From NCBI GenBank assembly GCA_964387845.1, contig CAYLXA010000011.1, positions 34,715 to 98,714 of the forward strand: a DNA stretch of 64,000 nucleotides, in the 5' to 3' direction. This DNA comes from an uncultured bacterium (GTDB lineage: Bacteria > Omnitrophota > Omnitrophia > Omnitrophales > Abzuiibacteriaceae). Below the pieces are notes generated by a model. The model was not told the origin of the DNA and made no database searches. It saw only the letters and a program-made list of their open reading frames with translations. The position numbers were made by a program, and so were the translations under genes. Numbering within the stretch: position 1 is the stretch's first letter; the number at the start of each line of letters is the position of its first letter. Positions 9,635 through 17,966 of the stretch are shown here, piece after piece.

Positions 9635-10471
9635 ATGACTACTAATGTACATTCTTCTCAAGTGAAAGAACTCCGCGATATTACCGGAGCCGGCATGATG
9701 GACTGCAAGCAGGCGCTGCTTGAAACCGGCGGTGATATCGAAAAAGCAAAAGACTATCTCCGGAAAAAAGGCGTTGCCTCAGCCGATAAGCGTGCGTCGA
9801 AAGAAGCTAAAGACGGTATGATTTTTATCCAGAACGACGGAAAAACCGGCGCCATGGCCGAAGTCAATTCCGAAACTGATTTCGTTGCACGGACAGATGA
9901 TTTTCAAAAACTAGGCGCAGCAGCAGTCAAAGCAGTTGCCGAGAAAGGCGAAGCTGCGATTGAGTCGGATGCGATTCAAACACAGGCAAAAGAAGTCAGC
10001 GGAAAAATAGGCGAGAAGATTTCGGTCCGCCGCGCTGTCCGTTTTCAAACGAACGCAGGCCTCGTGGTTTCGTATCGCCACCACAATCAAAAAATCGGTG
10101 TGATGGTTGAGCTTGCATTTTCGAATGCGGCACTGGCCCAAAATGCGGAAGTAGAAAAGCTGGGCAAAGATATCGCCATGCAGTCCGCCGCTCTTCGGGC
10201 TCCGTTTTTGAGCAAAGATCAAGTATCTGCCGAATTTTTAGAGCGTGAAAAATCGATTTTCAGGGATCAAGTCAAGGACAAACCGGCCAATGTGCAGGAT
10301 AAAATTATTGACGGCAAATTACAGAAGCGCTTCGAAGAAGTTTGTCTGCTCGAGCAGAAATCCGTGATTGATCCGGCAAAATCCATCGCGCAATTGGTGG
10401 ATGCGCTCGGGAAAAAACTTGGAAGCCCGATCACCGTAAAACGTTTTCAGCGCTTTGAAATCGGTACTTGA
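9635..10471 (+). CDS. tsf: translation elongation factor Ts
   Basis: N-terminal UBA-like motif VKELRDITGAGMMDCKQAL. Typical rpsB-tsf arrangement. Confidence 0.9.
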   Translation: MTTNVHSSQVKELRDITGAGMMDCKQALLETGGDIEKAKDYLRKKGVASADKRASKEAKDGMIFIQNDGKTGAMAEVNSETDFVARTDDFQKLGAAAVKAVAEKGEAAIESDAIQTQAKEVSGKIGEKISVRRAVRFQTNAGLVVSYRHHNQKIGVMVELAFSNAALAQNAEVEKLGKDIAMQSAALRAPFLSKDQVSAEFLEREKSIFRDQVKDKPANVQDKIIDGKLQKRFEEVCLLEQKSVIDPAKSIAQLVDALGKKLGSPITVKRFQRFEIGT

Positions 10472-10500
10472 TATCATTGAAAATTTCAAAGCGTTTATTA
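10451..10500 (+). terminator. hairpin plus T-rich tract spanning the tsf stop codon; a partial terminator or attenuator between tsf and pyrH
   Basis: Arms CGCTTTGAAAT and ATTTCAAAGCG (11 bp) with a 21-nt loop, followed by TTTATTA. Confidence 0.35.
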
Positions 10501-10615
10501 ATATGAATCAAGTACCGCACTTACTACGCATCGGACCTTATTTGTTTATTAATGAGGTAAGTGCGGCGCTGAATAATCAATAGAACACAGCCTGAAACCA
10601 ACGGAGCCTGTCTCT

Positions 10616-11335
10616 ATGAAAAGTAAAAGAGCCGCGTTTAAGCGCGTTGTTCTGAAAATCAGCGGTGAAGCACTGCAGGGAAGCCAGCATTACGGCATTG
10701 ACCACAAAGTGGTTCTCACCATCGCCAAACAAATCAAAACCGTCAACGATTCCGGCGTTGAAATCGCTTGCGTTATCGGTGCGGGCAATATTTTCCGCGG
10801 CATGCAGGCTGTTCGTCAAGGGATGGACCGCGTTAATGGTGACTACATTGGCATGCTGGCGACGATGATCAATTCGCTTTCACTGCAAGATGCGCTCGAA
10901 AAGTTGGGCGTGCATACCCGCGTGATGACGGCCATCCCGATGGAAAAGCTAGCGGAGCCTTACATTCGCCGCCGCGCACTCCGGCACTTGGAGAAACGGC
11001 GTGTGGTTATTTTCGCCGCCGGAACCGGCAATCCTTATTTCACGACCGACACCGCCGCTGCACTGCGCGCCATTGAAATCAATGCCGATGCGGTATTAAA
11101 AGCAACGCGGGTCGACGGTGTTTATTCGGGCGATCCATTGAAGGACAAAAAGGCTAAAAGATTTGTCCGGCTTAAATATTTAGATGTTCTGAAAAAACAG
11201 CTGCAGGTCATGGATGCGACCGCAGTGTCATTGTGTATGGAAAACAAGCTTCCGATTGTCGTATTTAATTTAAATACGCCGGGCAATATTGAAAAAGTAA
11301 TGCGCGGCGATTCGATCGGAACCGTCGTTAGTTAA
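10616..11335 (+). CDS. pyrH: UMP kinase
   Basis: [20 protein letters not shown] and TGNPYFTTD motifs. GGAG Shine-Dalgarno upstream. Confidence 0.92.
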   Translation: MKSKRAAFKRVVLKISGEALQGSQHYGIDHKVVLTIAKQIKTVNDSGVEIACVIGAGNIFRGMQAVRQGMDRVNGDYIGMLATMINSLSLQDALEKLGVHTRVMTAIPMEKLAEPYIRRRALRHLEKRRVVIFAAGTGNPYFTTDTAAALRAIEINADAVLKATRVDGVYSGDPLKDKKAKRFVRLKYLDVLKKQLQVMDATAVSLCMENKLPIVVFNLNTPGNIEKVMRGDSIGTVVS

Positions 11336-11355
11336 TTCAGCAAGCGAGGATTATT

Positions 11356-11928
11356 ATGCAAACCGCAACTTCTGCCAAATCTGTTCTCGATGAAACCCAG
11401 AACCGCATGCAAAAATCCGTTGATGCGACCCATAGCGAATTCCGCAGTATCCATACGGGCCGTGCTTCCATTGCATTGGTCGAAGCTATTCCGGTTGAGT
11501 GCTACGGATCATCCAAGCCGCTAAAAGGTATCGCGTCCATCACAACGCCGGATGCTAAGACGATCAATATTCAACCTTGGGATCCGTCGATCATTAGCGC
11601 AATCGATAAGGCCATCGTCAAAGCCGAGCTTGGCTTGGTTCCTTCAAATGACGGCCGCGTGGTTCGGATTAAAATTCCGTCACTGACGGCAGAGCGGCGC
11701 AAAGAATTGGATAAAATTATTCGCAAAATCGCAGAAGACGGGCGCGTTTCAATCCGCAACATCCGCCACGAAGCAAATGAAGCGGTGAAGCGGCTTGAAA
11801 AAGCGAAGACGGTCAGTGAAGATGAATCGCGGGGTACTCAGAAAAAAGTTCAGGAGGCCACCGATCGCTTTACGAAAATGGTTGATGAGCTTCTGGCGAA
11901 GAAGGAAGTTGAAATTCAGGAAGTTTAA
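11356..11928 (+). CDS. frr: ribosome recycling factor
   Basis: 190 aa. RTGRASIALVE and PSLTAERRKEL motifs. GAGGA Shine-Dalgarno upstream. Confidence 0.92.
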   Translation: MQTATSAKSVLDETQNRMQKSVDATHSEFRSIHTGRASIALVEAIPVECYGSSKPLKGIASITTPDAKTINIQPWDPSIISAIDKAIVKAELGLVPSNDGRVVRIKIPSLTAERRKELDKIIRKIAEDGRVSIRNIRHEANEAVKRLEKAKTVSEDESRGTQKKVQEATDRFTKMVDELLAKKEVEIQEV

Positions 11929-11933
11929 AGACA

Positions 11934-12066
11934 CAGTATCTAGTATCTCGTATCTAGTATCTAGTTGAACTTATTATTATATGAATAGATATTGTTTCTT
12001 TCACGTTTTCCTTCCGTTCAATTCTTTACTAGATACTAGATACCAGATACAAGATACGAGATACGG
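11934..12066. repeat. long imperfect hairpin built from tandem heptamer repeats: (AGTATCT)x4 on the left arm, (NAGATAC)x5 on the right arm, ~65-nt AT-rich loop
   Basis: Direct reading: cagtatctagtatctcgtatctagtatctag ... ctagatactagataccagatacaagatacgagatac. Located between the frr stop and tRNA-Lys. Confidence 0.8.
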
Positions 12067-12073
12067 AAATAAC

Positions 12074-12147
12074 GGGCCCATAGCTCAGTCTGGTAGAGCA
12101 CTGCCCTTTTAAGGCAGGTGTCGTTGGTTCAAATCCAACTGGGCTCA
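12074..12147 (+). tRNA. tRNA-Lys (anticodon TTT)
   Basis: Manual cloverleaf fold: acceptor GGGCCCA/TGGGCTC, anticodon loop CTTTTAA, T-loop TTCAAAT. No encoded CCA. Confidence 0.85.
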
Positions 12148-12234
12148 ATTTGATTTCGGATTGTGGAGTGCAGATTGAGAGAATAGATTGATGATTGTTG
12201 ATTCCGAAATCCGAAATTAACAATCCGAAATTGT
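12148..12234. repeat. second heptamer-repeat hairpin, with TCCGAAA x3 on the right arm and its inverse ATTTCGGATTG on the left arm
   Basis: tttgatttcggattg ... gattccgaaatccgaaattaacaatccgaaattg. Located between tRNA-Lys and tRNA-Glu. Confidence 0.7.
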
Positions 12235-12247
12235 ATAATTTGTTAAT

Positions 12248-12321
12248 GTCCCCATCGTCTAGCCTGGTCAGGACAAGAGCTTTTCAAGCTCTCGGCAGGG
12301 GTTCAAATCCCCTTGGGGACA
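12248..12321 (+). tRNA. tRNA-Glu (anticodon TTC)
   Basis: GTCCCCATCGTCTAGCCTGGTCAGGAC... cloverleaf with anticodon loop TTTTCAA. Closely resembles canonical bacterial tRNA-Glu. Confidence 0.85.
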
Positions 12322-12337
12322 CTTTTCTCCGGTATTC

Positions 12338-13552
12338 ATGCCAAAATTTATTCGCTCAAACCTGATTATTTTTGCTGCGGGGTTTTTGCTCATCTCTATT
12401 TTTTCCACTATTCGTTACGAACGGTTTGCATCGAAACGCCAGTACGGGGATTTTCACGTTTACTATGTAACCGGTGAACGGATGCTGGCAGGCCAATCGA
12501 TTTATGTCGATGAAACCGAAAAAGTAACGCCCTATAAATATTCACCGCTCACTGCATCTTTCTTTTCCTTACTCGCACTTTCAAACGAAAGAACCGCAGC
12601 CGGTGTTTGGCACTGCCTCAATCTGGTCTTTTTGCTGGTAAGCGTAATCGCCGGGGGAGGGCTTGCGCGAAAAATTTCAGACGGTCACGGAAAATATTTC
12701 GTTGCATGGTCTTCGATTTTAGCCGTTATCGGAATTTCGCCGGCCATTCTCCATTGCATGAATTCGGGGCAGGTGGGAATCGCGATTTTATTTTGCTATG
12801 TGCTGGGCGTTTATTTCACCTCCCGCGATCGGGACATCGCCGCCGGATTTTTCTTTGCGCTATCGTGCATGTTTAAATATCTTCCGATTTTGATTTTGCC
12901 TTATTTTATATGGCAGAAAAAATGGAAACTGGTTTGGTCTATGATCGGCTGGCTGTTTGTGCTTCATTTTTTGCCGGCGCTTTGGCTCGGCTGGGATATC
13001 AATCTTCGGTATCTCCGGCAATTTCTTCCGTTTTTGACCGGAACCACGCTGGATCATATTTCTCTCCTGGATTTCAAAAATCAGTCCATGTGGGCGTATT
13101 TATACCGGCTGTTTTTCTATGATTTGGGCTTGTTTGAAATCAGAAATCACCCGCACTGGATCTTAGCTTTCGGGGCAATCCTATTCACCGCGCTTTACGG
13201 ACTTGTGATTTCTAGGACGCGTAGAGGATTTCTAGTGCTAGGCTGTTCGTTGCTGGCAATTTTGATCGTGATCTTCAACCCTAATGCTTGGAAGCATAAT
13301 TTTGTCCTCTTTTTGCTTCCATATCAAATTTTACTTGCCGCGGCGCTGCAGCTTGGTTGGCAAAGCCGGCAAGCCACGCTTTTGATGCTGGTCAGCATCT
13401 TATTTTTCGCCTCAAACCAGTCTCTGGTCGGTTGGGGCGGCCGGTTGGAACTGATGTCTTTATCGATTTTGCTTCTGGCCGGGCTGGTTCTATTCGCCGG
13501 ATTGCTTCTCAGCCGGTTCCCTCAGGATCCTGCCCCAAAACACAACCTTTAG
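12338..13552 (+). CDS. polytopic membrane glycosyltransferase of the GT-C fold (DUF2029/GT87-like)
   Basis: 404 aa with ~11 TM helices. Loop motifs (YGDFHVYY, FKYLPILILPYFIW) resemble DUF2029 mannosyltransferase-like proteins. Confidence 0.6.
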   Translation: MPKFIRSNLIIFAAGFLLISIFSTIRYERFASKRQYGDFHVYYVTGERMLAGQSIYVDETEKVTPYKYSPLTASFFSLLALSNERTAAGVWHCLNLVFLLVSVIAGGGLARKISDGHGKYFVAWSSILAVIGISPAILHCMNSGQVGIAILFCYVLGVYFTSRDRDIAAGFFFALSCMFKYLPILILPYFIWQKKWKLVWSMIGWLFVLHFLPALWLGWDINLRYLRQFLPFLTGTTLDHISLLDFKNQSMWAYLYRLFFYDLGLFEIRNHPHWILAFGAILFTALYGLVISRTRRGFLVLGCSLLAILIVIFNPNAWKHNFVLFLLPYQILLAAALQLGWQSRQATLLMLVSILFFASNQSLVGWGGRLELMSLSILLLAGLVLFAGLLLSRFPQDPAPKHNL

Positions 13553-13691
13553 GGCTTTATCTGACCCTTTAACCCAATATCTAGTATTACCCAAAAAGTC
13601 TTTCTAAAGCCGTTAAGTTTCTCTAAGTTGTTGACGTACTTGTTGTTTAGGCGATATCGGTGATTCAAAAGTCGCATTTTGGAGGTGGCTC

Positions 13692-13835
13692 ATGATCACT
13701 AAAATGTTAAAAGTATTTGTTCTGACTGTTGCCATGACCTCAACTGTGGTAACCGCATCTTTCGCTTTTGACGGGAAAGATGCGCTTTCTGGTGTAGTTG
13801 TCAAATCAACACTTAAAGCAACGACTTGTCTTTGA
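13692..13835 (+). CDS. small secreted peptide, 47 aa: signal peptide plus ~20-aa mature part ending in Cys-Leu
   Basis: Too short to appear in the ORF track. GGAGG Shine-Dalgarno 6 nt upstream of the ATG. MITKMLKVFVLTVAMTSTVVTASFA then FDGKDALSGVVVKSTLKATTCL. The antisense ORF 13613-13804 has no comparable signals. Confidence 0.3.
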   Translation: MITKMLKVFVLTVAMTSTVVTASFAFDGKDALSGVVVKSTLKATTCL

Positions 13836-14463
13836 CTATCTCTTGAAACCTTCCCGATCTTTTTTCTTCATAACAGCAGCAGGCTTTTTACTCTTTATTT
13901 TGATTTCACACCATCCAGCGGTTCATAGTTTGGATGTTTATTGGATGGGCATATTATACCGTAGCGATATTTCGTTCTTTAATATTGTGTTTATTCCGTT
14001 TATTTTGTGGGGATCGCCTCAAATTATAATCCCCGCGTTTCTTTTGTTATCATTCTGGTTTTATCAGCAAAAGAACTTTAAAGCGGCTTATTTATGTCTT
14101 GCGTCTCTTATAATCGCAACAGGCCTTGAGTTTGTGCTTAAGAATATTTTATGGGTTCCCAAGCCTTCCACAGAGTCATTCGGATCGCGGTTTCCATTTA
14201 AATGGACAGTTGCTTCTTACAAAACCCAGTCGTCATTGCCTAGCGGGCATGTTCTTAGAACGGTTCTTTTTATCTTATTCCTCGTTCATTGGATTCCTGC
14301 GATTCGTAACCGCAAGGCCCTGAAAGTATTTTTAATGTTCTTGCCCTTCATTACAGCTTTTGCTGCAGTCTATTACGGTGCGCACTGGACAAGAGATGCC
14401 GTCGCAGGAGCGTGGCTTGCGGTCTTGGCTTTTCTAGTCTGTGATAGATACGTTGCCTCTTGA
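13798..14463 (+). CDS. PAP2 superfamily membrane phosphatase (LpxE/LpxF/PgpB-like)
   Basis: PAP2 motifs KNILWVPKPS, PSGH and GAHWTRD, plus 5-6 TM helices. The start is uncertain: 13798 is a TTG, and alternatives are TTG 13843 (8 nt after the small ORF stop) or ATG 13945. Confidence 0.7.
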   Translation: MSNQHLKQRLVFDYLLKPSRSFFFITAAGFLLFILISHHPAVHSLDVYWMGILYRSDISFFNIVFIPFILWGSPQIIIPAFLLLSFWFYQQKNFKAAYLCLASLIIATGLEFVLKNILWVPKPSTESFGSRFPFKWTVASYKTQSSLPSGHVLRTVLFILFLVHWIPAIRNRKALKVFLMFLPFITAFAAVYYGAHWTRDAVAGAWLAVLAFLVCDRYVAS

Positions 14464-14476
14464 ATGTTCGGCTGCC

Positions 14477-14505
14477 TTGACACTCTACTTTCCTTATGAT
14501 AATTT
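14477..14505 (+). promoter_or_regulatory. strong sigma-70 type promoter upstream of the bactofilin-HTH gene
   Basis: Consensus TTGACA, a 15-17-nt spacer, then an extended -10 tGATAATtt. Confidence 0.5.
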
Positions 14506-14516
14506 AAGCCCACTTT

Positions 14517-14549
14517 TTAAAAATCAAACTCATGTAGTTTGATTTTTAG
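14517..14549. promoter_or_regulatory. near-perfect 14-bp inverted repeat (ttAAAATCAAACT-catgt-AGTTTGATTTTtag); candidate operator or 5'-UTR hairpin
   Basis: Arms match 13 of 14, including a perfect 11-bp core. Positioned between the promoter and the ATG at 14593, directly upstream of two HTH-domain genes. Confidence 0.45.
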
Positions 14550-14592
14550 CGTTAGTTTCCGGACGCTAAATTCCAAAAGGAGGGACTTCAGC

Positions 14593-15111
14593 ATGGCAAA
14601 AAAGCTGGAAGAAAAGATTTTAGACGTTGATGCGAGTATGCAGGGAACGATCACATTTCGTGATCCTGTTAACCTGCGTATTAACGGAAGTTTTGAAGGC
14701 CGTTTGGATGTCCGAGGGAATTTGACCATTGGTGAAAATGCTAACGTGAAAGCCGATATCAGAGGCGATAAAATCTTAGTTGCAGGAAAAGTGACCGGTA
14801 ATATCACGGCGTCTGCCAGTCTGGCGGTTATATCGCCTGCGGTGATTCGCGGCAACATTAAGTCCCCGATTTTCAGTGTTGCTGAAGGTTCCGTTATTGA
14901 AGGTCAAGTATCGATGACAAATTTACAAAATTTAGATGCCAATAGCACGCTGTCGTTGCGCGATTTAGCCCAGTACCTTGAAGTTGAGATGCGCGTCATT
15001 GAAGAGTGGGCGCGTGAGAAAAAAATTCCCGGCCGTCAAGAAAACGGCGAGTGGCGGTTTAATAAAGCCACGATTGATAAATGGGTGCAGGACGAAAAAG
15101 TAAAATTGTAA
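14593..15111 (+). CDS. bactofilin (DUF583 beta-helical polymer-forming domain) fused to a C-terminal excisionase/MerR-type HTH DNA-binding domain
   Basis: GGAGGG Shine-Dalgarno 7 nt before the ATG. Bactofilin repeats (INGSFEGRLDVRGNLTIGENANVKADIRGDKILVAGKVTGNITA...). C-terminal LSLRDLAQYLEVEMRVIEEWAREKKIPGRQENGEWRFNKATIDKWV matches the HTH_17/excisionase-family pattern. Confidence 0.7.
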   Translation: MAKKLEEKILDVDASMQGTITFRDPVNLRINGSFEGRLDVRGNLTIGENANVKADIRGDKILVAGKVTGNITASASLAVISPAVIRGNIKSPIFSVAEGSVIEGQVSMTNLQNLDANSTLSLRDLAQYLEVEMRVIEEWAREKKIPGRQENGEWRFNKATIDKWVQDEKVKL

Positions 15112-15162
15112 AGTTGATCCGATTCTTTCCGATTTTGTTCCACCAAAGATTTTGCATTTGAA

Positions 15163-15456
15163 ATGCTGCTAACCGAAGAAGAAGTCCAGAATTATTTAGG
15201 AGTTGACCGTTCTCATATTGAAAGGTTGATGAAACGCGGGAAACTCACGGCTTTTCGTGTCGGCGGCTCCTATCTCCGATTCCGCAAAGAGGAAGTCATT
15301 GCACTTAAAGCAGGTAAGCGCTTTGTGCCGGCCGAACAAATGGGCCGCAGGAGTTGGCTGGATCGTGCGCGTGATTTTTGGAAGTTTTACAGTTTTTATG
15401 TCCTCTCGTCGATTTTGATTGCACTCGCGGTTCTCCTGATTATCCAATACATCTAA
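15163..15456 (+). CDS. small membrane-anchored protein with an N-terminal excisionase-type HTH domain and a C-terminal TM helix
   Basis: LLTEEEVQNYLGVDRSHIERLMKRGKLTAFRVGGSYLRFRKEEV matches the HTH_17 pattern. C-terminal FYSFYVLSSILIALAVLLIIQYI is a single TM segment. Confidence 0.6.
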   Translation: MLLTEEEVQNYLGVDRSHIERLMKRGKLTAFRVGGSYLRFRKEEVIALKAGKRFVPAEQMGRRSWLDRARDFWKFYSFYVLSSILIALAVLLIIQYI

Positions 15457-15461
15457 TATTC

Positions 15462-15842
15462 ATGACCGTTCCGTTCCAAATTGGCGTTGATATCGTGAGC
15501 GTGCGCCGGATGGAAGAATCCATCAAGCGTCACGGAAAATCCTTTCTCGATAAAGTATTCACGGCCGGCGAGCAATCTTATTGCGAAAAAAAGCGCAATA
15601 AGTATGAAAATTACGCTGCACGGTTTGCTGCCAAAGAAGCAGTGATTAAAGCCAAGGGCGGCGGTGCGGGCCGGATGCGTTTTAAAGATATCGAAGTCAA
15701 ACGAGGCAAGAACGGCAAGCCATTTATTTCGATTACTCCTCAAGTCCGGCGTGAAATGTTCATCAAACCAAAAGCCGAATTTGAGCTGACTATGGCGCAC
15801 GAACGGGAATTTGCGATCGCAACCGTCCTGATGTCAGCCTAG
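15462..15842 (+). CDS. acpS: holo-[acyl-carrier-protein] synthase (4'-phosphopantetheinyl transferase)
   Basis: N-terminal IGVDIVSVRRME and FAAKEAVIKA motifs. ~126 aa typical size. Start at the internal ATG, 6 nt after the upstream stop. Confidence 0.85.
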   Translation: MTVPFQIGVDIVSVRRMEESIKRHGKSFLDKVFTAGEQSYCEKKRNKYENYAARFAAKEAVIKAKGGGAGRMRFKDIEVKRGKNGKPFISITPQVRREMFIKPKAEFELTMAHEREFAIATVLMSA

Positions 15843-15846
15843 CGCT

Positions 15847-16554
15847 ATGCGTTATCTGATCGTTAACGCCGACGATTTTAATCTCACCCAAGGTATTTCC
15901 CGCGCGGTTTTTTGCGCGCATGACCGCGGCATTGTGAATTCCACAAGCGTGATGATTAATTTTCCGCTGTCCTCATATCAAATATCGGGCCTCAGTAAAC
16001 GCCCGGGCCTTAGCGTTGGGCTTCATTTGAATGTCACATCGGGTTCTCCGAAATTCAAAAAGGCAAGCGCATACCTATCCGGCAAATTTGACCCGCATGT
16101 TTTATTCGCTGAATATGAATCACAGATCAAAAAGTTTCAAACAGTGTTTAAAAGGAAGCCGGATCATTTAGATACGCATCATCACATTCATGCATCGCCA
16201 AAAGTTGCGTTGGTCTTATCCAAAATTTCGAGAAAATATAAAATCCCGGCCCGTCGGTCGGCTACGCTTCGAAGCGCAGCGACAACCGATTATTTTTTTG
16301 GGAATTTATCGCCGCAAAAATATTGGACTCACACAAGTTTGCTGACGATTCTTGAAAACTTACCGCAGGGGACGAGCGAAATTATGTGTCATCCCGGTTT
16401 TGTTGATTCCGACCTGCGTTCCAAAAGTTCGTTCTTAAAGGGGCGCGAATGCGAGCGCAAGCTTTTTTCGAAACGATCATGGCGCTTGTTTTTGCGCCGC
16501 CACGGCATTCAACAGGTAAAATTTTCAAGCCTGCTTCCGGGCTCTGTGTTATAA
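15847..16554 (+). CDS. ChbG/YdjC/HpnK-family carbohydrate deacetylase
   Basis: YLIVNADDFNLTQGISRAV, NSTSVM and the HLDTHHHIH metal-binding region, typical of the YdjC family. Confidence 0.75.
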   Translation: MRYLIVNADDFNLTQGISRAVFCAHDRGIVNSTSVMINFPLSSYQISGLSKRPGLSVGLHLNVTSGSPKFKKASAYLSGKFDPHVLFAEYESQIKKFQTVFKRKPDHLDTHHHIHASPKVALVLSKISRKYKIPARRSATLRSAATTDYFFGNLSPQKYWTHTSLLTILENLPQGTSEIMCHPGFVDSDLRSKSSFLKGRECERKLFSKRSWRLFLRRHGIQQVKFSSLLPGSVL

Positions 16555-16564
16555 TACGCGGCTT

Positions 16565-17335
16565 ATGAGAGTCCTGATTACCAATGACGATGGTATTCAC
16601 TCGCCGGGGTTAAGGGCGATTGTGGATGCGATCCACAAAGAAGCCGAATGCCTGGTAGTAGCACCGCACAAGGAAAGGTCGGCGACGGCGCATTCTATTT
16701 CTCTTTATGATGAAATTTGGGTCGAATCGGTTCACATCGGGGACGGGCTAAAAGGATATTCGGTCGAAGGAACGCCGGCTGATTGTGTGAAATTTGCGTT
16801 TGCGGAGCTTTTGAAGAAGAAAGTCGACCTCATTATATCGGGCATTAACCTGGGGTTAAATACGGGTATCAGCGTTTATTATTCAGGGACTGTGTCGGCG
16901 GCGCGTGAAGGATTGATCAACGGCGTTCCGTCGATCGCCATTTCGCAAGGCAAGCAGCAAACGCGCGATTTCGCATATGCCGGGAAGCTCGTATCAAAGT
17001 TGGTGCATGGCTATAAAAATTTACATTTTCCGAAAGATACATTTTTAAATATCAATGTACCTCCCGTCGAATCTCAGCAGGTGAAAGGGATTCGAGTGAC
17101 GAAACAGGCGCATTCACGGTTTGACGAATGGTTTGAGGAAATTAAAAAATCCGGATCTAACGGCCGGAAACCGTATCAAGTCCGCGGCGATATCGAAATT
17201 TTAAGTCCGGACGGCACGAGCGATGAAGAAGCGATTCGAGAAGGTTATGTGTCGATGACGCCACTTCTTTTGGATTCAACGCATTACAAGCAGATGTCCC
17301 ATTTTGAGAAATGGGTGAGGGATAACGGAATTTAG
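16565..17335 (+). CDS. surE: 5'/3'-nucleotidase SurE
   Basis: MRVLITNDDGIHSPGL and GINLGLNTG motifs. Confidence 0.9.
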   Translation: MRVLITNDDGIHSPGLRAIVDAIHKEAECLVVAPHKERSATAHSISLYDEIWVESVHIGDGLKGYSVEGTPADCVKFAFAELLKKKVDLIISGINLGLNTGISVYYSGTVSAAREGLINGVPSIAISQGKQQTRDFAYAGKLVSKLVHGYKNLHFPKDTFLNINVPPVESQQVKGIRVTKQAHSRFDEWFEEIKKSGSNGRKPYQVRGDIEILSPDGTSDEEAIREGYVSMTPLLLDSTHYKQMSHFEKWVRDNGI

Positions 17336-17352
17336 TTTTTTGGAAATTTGAA

Positions 17353-17544
17353 TTATTTCGGAACGGCGCCGTCAAGTGTCTCGAACACAATGGTGACGAG
17401 GCTGTGGCAGCGCGGGCACTTGATTTGCTTGAAAGCTTGGATGTTGTCGTGTTTGGGCCGGTACATAATGCTCAAGATCTTGGTTGAGAACTTGGCTTCT
17501 TCGCCGGACCACTGACAGGATGTACAAGCGTATGTCTGTTTCAT
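17353..17544 (-). CDS. small zinc-ribbon protein (two CxxC pairs), hypothetical
   Basis: 63 aa. CTSC...37 aa...CPRC. Convergent with surE. No clear Shine-Dalgarno sequence. Confidence 0.35.
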   Translation of the reverse strand: MKQTYACTSCQWSGEEAKFSTKILSIMYRPKHDNIQAFKQIKCPRCHSLVTIVFETLDGAVPK

Positions 17545-17755
17545 CGTGTAGAGTTGTATCGGCAGCGGGTTAGCGAACTTAAGAAATTTGCAGGAAATTT
17601 TTAAGATTTTTTATCAGTAATACTAGATTTAGTGGTATCTAAGGTAAAATACCACAGGATTATGGGTAGCCCCGCGTCGCTGACTTTGTCAGCTCCTGGG
17701 GCGAACATCTTCCTTTATGAATAAGCACCTGAGACTTTTAAGGCAGAAGATATTC

Positions 17756-17828
<73 letters not shown>

Positions 17829-17880
17829 AATTTAGTTTTTGATATGTTGTTGTTTGTTATCACGTTGTACTAATCCTTGT

Positions 17881-17966
17881 GCCGAAGTGGCGGAACTGGC
17901 AGACGCGCTGGACTCAAAATCCAGTGGTGCTCAAACACCGTGTGGGTTCGATTCCCTCCTTCGGCA
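17881..17966 (+). tRNA. tRNA-Leu (anticodon CAA)
   Basis: 86-nt class II tRNA with a long variable arm and anticodon loop CTCAAAA. Acceptor GCCGAAG/CTTCGGC plus discriminator A. Confidence 0.8.

Noticed and set aside
12029-12223. 64-aa minus-strand ORF
   Set aside because: It runs through tRNA-Lys and the heptamer-repeat hairpins. It is an artefact of repeat sequence.
13613-13804. 63-aa minus-strand ORF between the GT-C and PAP2 genes
   Set aside because: The plus-strand 47-aa ORF in the same place has a canonical GGAGG ribosome-binding site and a signal peptide. The minus-strand ORF has neither.
17545-17755. Structured region upstream of tRNA-Ala (nested stems GCCCC...GCTGACtttGTCAGC...GGGGC and GTGGTAT...ATACCAC) as a possible small RNA gene
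   Set aside because: No match by eye to conserved cores of SRP RNA, RNase P RNA, tmRNA or 6S RNA. The stems may be promoter-region or terminator structures. Left unannotated.
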